Part shown: in pieces, positions 51,115 to 51,475 of the stretch | How the letters are laid out: each line of letters opens with the position of its first letter | How positions within the stretch are numbered: the stretch's first letter is position 1 | NCBI RefSeq assembly: GCF_001194135.2 | Contig: NC_068988.1 | Span: 76,458,541 to 76,510,015, forward strand | Length of the DNA stretch: 51,475 bases | Direction of reading: 5' to 3' | From: Octopus bimaculoides | Taxonomy: Eukaryota | Notes under the pieces: generated by a model | Database searches by the model: none | What the model was told of the DNA's origin: nothing | The model's input: the letters and a program-made list of their open reading frames with translations, nothing else | Program-made: the position numbers and the translations under genes

Positions 51115-51200
51115 TGCAACTGAAGATAGCGCTGTATTTAAACTGATGTAATGATTACATTGTTCAATTAAATGGAGCTGCGTGAAACGGTCGTACTGCA
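51115..51200 (+). ncRNA. Type I hammerhead C1 at the PLE2 3' end
   Basis: tgcaa-CTGAAGA-long imperfect stem II-GAAAC-ggtc-GTA-ctgca. Confidence 0.75.
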
Positions 51201-51233
51201 TTAGTACTTCACATCCTGTTACTTATTTTGATT

Positions 51234-51241
51234 ATACACAT

Positions 51242-51290
<49 letters not shown>
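51234..51290. repeat. (CA)n microsatellite
   Basis: Direct reading. Confidence 0.95.
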
Positions 51291-51292
<2 letters not shown>

Positions 51293-51475
51293 TTCTTTTC
51301 TAAAGGAGTGGCTGTAGCTGTCGAATAACTAACAGCAGTAATAATAATGATAGTCGTCGTGGTGAGGTTGTTCCTCCTGAGGTTTTAGTAGAAATCGGGT
51401 TCTTCGACCGCTTATCTTTATTTCTTATGAATAACTTCCATATCCATATATCCATATATATATTCTTTTATTCTT

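Larger units (their letters stand above)
44205..51233 (+). mobile_element. Penelope-like element 2 (RT + GIY-YIG + long 3' region), carrying mariner, SINE and hAT insertions
   Basis: FIQFDINSYYSSI..FNIAMGSSNSAQITDLVG..GGLYRENA..SNYPP; CNC..C...C...TVY..YVG..STSLSNKIWELK..WDII. Frame resumes after the mariner (RYGCEL*SME). Confidence 0.85.

Overview
AT-rich eukaryotic DNA with 9 assembly gaps, made almost entirely of nested transposable elements and microsatellites. The repeat families look cephalopod (Octopus-like); that is an inference. No intact host gene is supported. Contents: (1) five LTRs of one Ty3/Gypsy family in the first 14.5 kb, namely three solo LTRs with ATAT/ATAC TSDs and one gag-protease-only provirus with a tRNA-Leu PBS and a PPT; (2) three Penelope-like elements (PLE; RT + GIY-YIG); (3) many RTE LINE fragments; (4) three R4/Dong-type LINE pieces stacked in (AAT)n tracts; (5) five mariners, one maT-like, one Chapaev3 and one hAT remnant; (6) tRNA-derived SINEs and a ~375-bp foldback element. 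The main unannotated signal is nine type I hammerhead ribozyme motifs in four sequence families, at PLE 3' ends or in short PLE-derived units. Eight are complete; one runs into a gap, and one complete copy has a core mutation. Stem II is unusually long in all. The complete copies have a GUA cleavage triplet and mostly a self-complementary 8-nt stem III, suggesting dimeric folding. Two families have a U-U pair where G10.1-C11.1 is canonical, and the copies recur in tail-out inverted pairs. All alignments and identities were done by eye and are approximate.
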